A stretch of DNA of 64,000 bases from the human T2T-CHM13v2.0 reference genome, Homo sapiens. The notes under the pieces are model-generated. The model was not told the DNA's origin. It was given only the letters and a program-made list of their open reading frames with translations, and searched no databases. The position numbers and the translations under genes are program-made. The stretch lies in NCBI RefSeq assembly GCF_009914755.1, contig NC_060932.1. One strand, given 5' to 3'. Within the stretch, counting starts at the first letter, position 1, and every line of letters begins with the position of its first letter. Below are positions 61,100 to 64,000 of the stretch, one piece after another.

Positions 61100-64000
61100 T
61101 TTTTTTTTAATTATACTTTAAGTTCTGGAATACATGTGCAGGAAGTGCAGGTTTGTTACATAGGTATACATGTGCCATGGTGGTTTGCTGCACCCACCAA
61201 CCCGTCATCTACATTAGGTATTTCTCCTAATGCTATCTCTCCCCTTGCCTCCCATCCCCAGACATGCCCCAGTGCGTGATGTTCCCCTCCCTGTGTCCAT
61301 ATGTTCTCATTGTTCAACTCCCACTTATGAGTGAGAACTTGCGGTGTTTGGTTTTCTGTGCCTGTATTAGTTTTCTGAGAATGATGGTTTCCAGCTTTAT
61401 CCATGTCCCCACAAAGAACATGAACTCATTCTTTTTTATGGCTGCATAGTATTCCTTGGTGTATATGTGCCACATTTTCTTTATCCAGTCTAACATTGAT
61501 GGGCATTTTGGGTCAGTTCCAAGTCTTTGTTATTGTGAATAGTGCTATAATAAACATACATGTGCATGTGTCTTTATAGTAGAATGATTTGTAATCTTTT
61601 GGGTATATACCCAGTAATGGGATTGCTCAGTCAAATGGTATTTTTGGTTCTAGATCCCTGAGGAATTGCCACACTTTCTTCCACAATGGTTGAGCTAATT
61701 TACACTGCCACCAACCATGTAAAAGTGTTCCTATTCCTCCACTTTCTCTCCAGCATCTGTTGTTTCCTGACTTTTTAATGATGGCCATTCTAACTGGCAT
61801 AAGATAGTATCTCATTGTGGTTTTGATTTGCATTTCTGTAATGACCAGTGATGATGAGCTTTTTTTCATATGGTTGTTGGCCATGTAAATGTCTTATTTT
61901 GAAAAGTATCTGTTCATATCCATCGCCCACCTTTTGATGGGGTTGCTTTTTTCTTGTAAATTTGTTTAAGTTCATTGTAGATTCTGGATATTAGCCCTTT
62001 GTCAGATGGATAGATTGCAAAAATTTTCTCCCATTCTGTAGCTTGCCTATACACTCTGATGATAGTTTCTTTCACTGTGCAGAAGCTCTTTTGTTTAGTT
62101 AGATCCCACTTGTCAATTTTGGCTTTTGTTGCAACTGCTTTTGGTGTTTTAGTCATGAAGTCTTTGCCCGTGTCTATGTCCTGAATGGTATTGCCTAGAT
62201 TTCCTTTTAGGGTTTTTATGGTTTTATGTCTTATATTTCAACCTTTAATCCACCTTGAGCTAATTTTTGTAAAAGGTATAAGGAAGGGGTCTGGTTTCAG
62301 TTTTCTACATATGGCTAGCCAGTTTTCCCAAAGTTTATTAAATAGGGAATTCTTTCCCCATTGCTTGTTTTTGTCAGGCTTATCAAAGATCTGATGGTTG
62401 TAGATGTGCGGTGTTATTTCTAAGGCCTCTGTTCTGTTCCATTGGTCTATATATCTGTTTTTGTACAGCACCATGTTGTTTTGGTTACTGTAGCCTTGTA
62501 GTATAGTTTGAAGTCAGGTAACATGATGCCTTCAGGTTTGTTCTTTTTGCTTAAGATTGTCTCGGCTATACAGGCTCTTTTTTGGTTCCATATGAAGTTT
62601 AAAGTAGATTTTTCTAATTCAGTGAAGAAAGGCAATGGTAGCTTGATGGGAATAGCATTGAATTCATAAATTACTTTGGGCGTATGGCCATTTTCACGAT
62701 ACCGTTTCTTCCTATCCATGAGCATGCAATGTTTTTCCATTTGTTTGTGTCCTCGCTTATTTCCTTGAGCAGTGGTTTGTAGTTCTCCTTGAAGAGGACC
62801 TTCACATCTCTTGTAAGTTGTATTCCTAGGTATTTTATTCTCTTTGTAGCAATTGTGGATGGGAGTTTGTTCATGATTTGGCTCTGTGATTGTCTATTGT
62901 TGGTGTATAGGAATGCCTGTGATTTTTGCATTGATTTTGTATCCTGAGGCTTTGCTGAAGTTGCTTATCAGCTTAAGAAGTATTTGGGCTGAGACAATGG
63001 GGTTTTCTAAATATACAATCATTTCATCTGCAAGCAGAGATAATTTGACTTCCTCTCTTCCCATTTGAATATGCTTTATTTATTTATCTTGCCTGGTTAC
63101 CTTGGCCAGAGCTTCCAATATTATGTTGAATGGGAGTGGTGAGGGAGGGTATCCTTGTCTTGTGCTGGTTGTCAAAGGGAATGCTTCCAGCTTTTGCCCA
63201 TTCAGTATGATATTGGCTGTTGGTTTTTCATAAATAGCTCTTATTATTTTTAGATACATTCCATCAATACCTAGTTTATTGAGTGTTTTTAGCATGAAGA
63301 GGTGCTGAATTTTATCAAAGGCCTTTTTGGCATCTATTGAGATAATCATGTGGGTTTGTCATTGGTTCTGTTTATGTGATGGATTACATTTACTGATTTG
63401 CAAACTACGCGTGCATCGCAGGGATAAAGCCCACTTGATCATGGTGGATAAGCTTTTTAATGTGCTGCTGGATTCAGTTTGCCAGCATTTTATTGAGGAT
63501 TTTTGCATGGATGTTCATCAGACATATTGGCCTGAAATTTTCTTTTTTTGTTTGTCTCTGCCAGGTTTTGGTATCAGGATGATGCTGGCCTCATAAAATG
63601 AGTTAGGAAAGAGTCCCTCTTTTTATATTGTTTGGAATAGTTTAGGAAGGAATGGTACCAACTCCTCTTTGTACCTCTGCTATAATTCACCTGTGAATCC
63701 ATCTGGTCCTAGGCTTTTTTTGGTTGGTAGGCTATTAATTACTACCTGAATTTCAAAACTTGTTATTGGTCTATTCAGGGATTCAACTTCTTCCTGGTTT
63801 AGTCTTGGGAGGATATATGTGTCCAGGAATTTATCCATTTCTTCTAGATTTTCTGGTTTATTTGCGTAGAGGTGTTTATAGTATTCTCTCATGGTAGTGT
63901 GTGGAATCAGTGGTGATATGCCCTTTATCATTTTTATTGTGTCTATTTGATTCTTCTCTCTTTTCTTCTTTATTAGTCTGGCTAGCAGTCTATCTATTTG
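61100..64000 (-). mobile_element. L1PA7/8-like LINE-1, 3'UTR and ORF2, running off the window
   Basis: Poly(T) then attatactttaagttctgg; ORF2 pieces [40 protein letters not shown]; frameshifted. Confidence 0.95.

Noticed and set aside
52490-64000. Many ORFs with reverse-transcriptase, endonuclease and ORF1p motifs
   Set aside because: Fragmented LINE-1 ORFs with stops and frameshifts; not a retron, DGR or other novel RT system, and not retrotransposition-competent

Overview
This is AT-rich hominid (human/great-ape-like) genomic DNA. The evidence is Alu J/S/Y elements, a full-length SVA, L1PA/L1MA/L1ME, MaLR LTRs, L2/MIR and hAT fossils. I find no intact protein-coding gene, RNA gene or CRISPR-type system, and nearly all ORFs in the track are fragments or antisense readings of transposable elements. 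The main non-TE item is a decayed, intronless HSP90AB1-type retrocopy on the minus strand (~1900-2890). Points worth follow-up: a candidate TATA/Inr promoter with a first exon on the minus strand (~26340-26580); a tight cluster of three STAT5-type GAS motifs (~36060-36180); a 51-bp insertion copied from ~1 kb away (~20180); and a run of fold-back/templated-insertion scars across 14.6-20.3 kb. Repeat subfamily names are from recalled consensus features, not a database search, and boundaries of old repeats are approximate. I see no convincing previously undescribed biological system.
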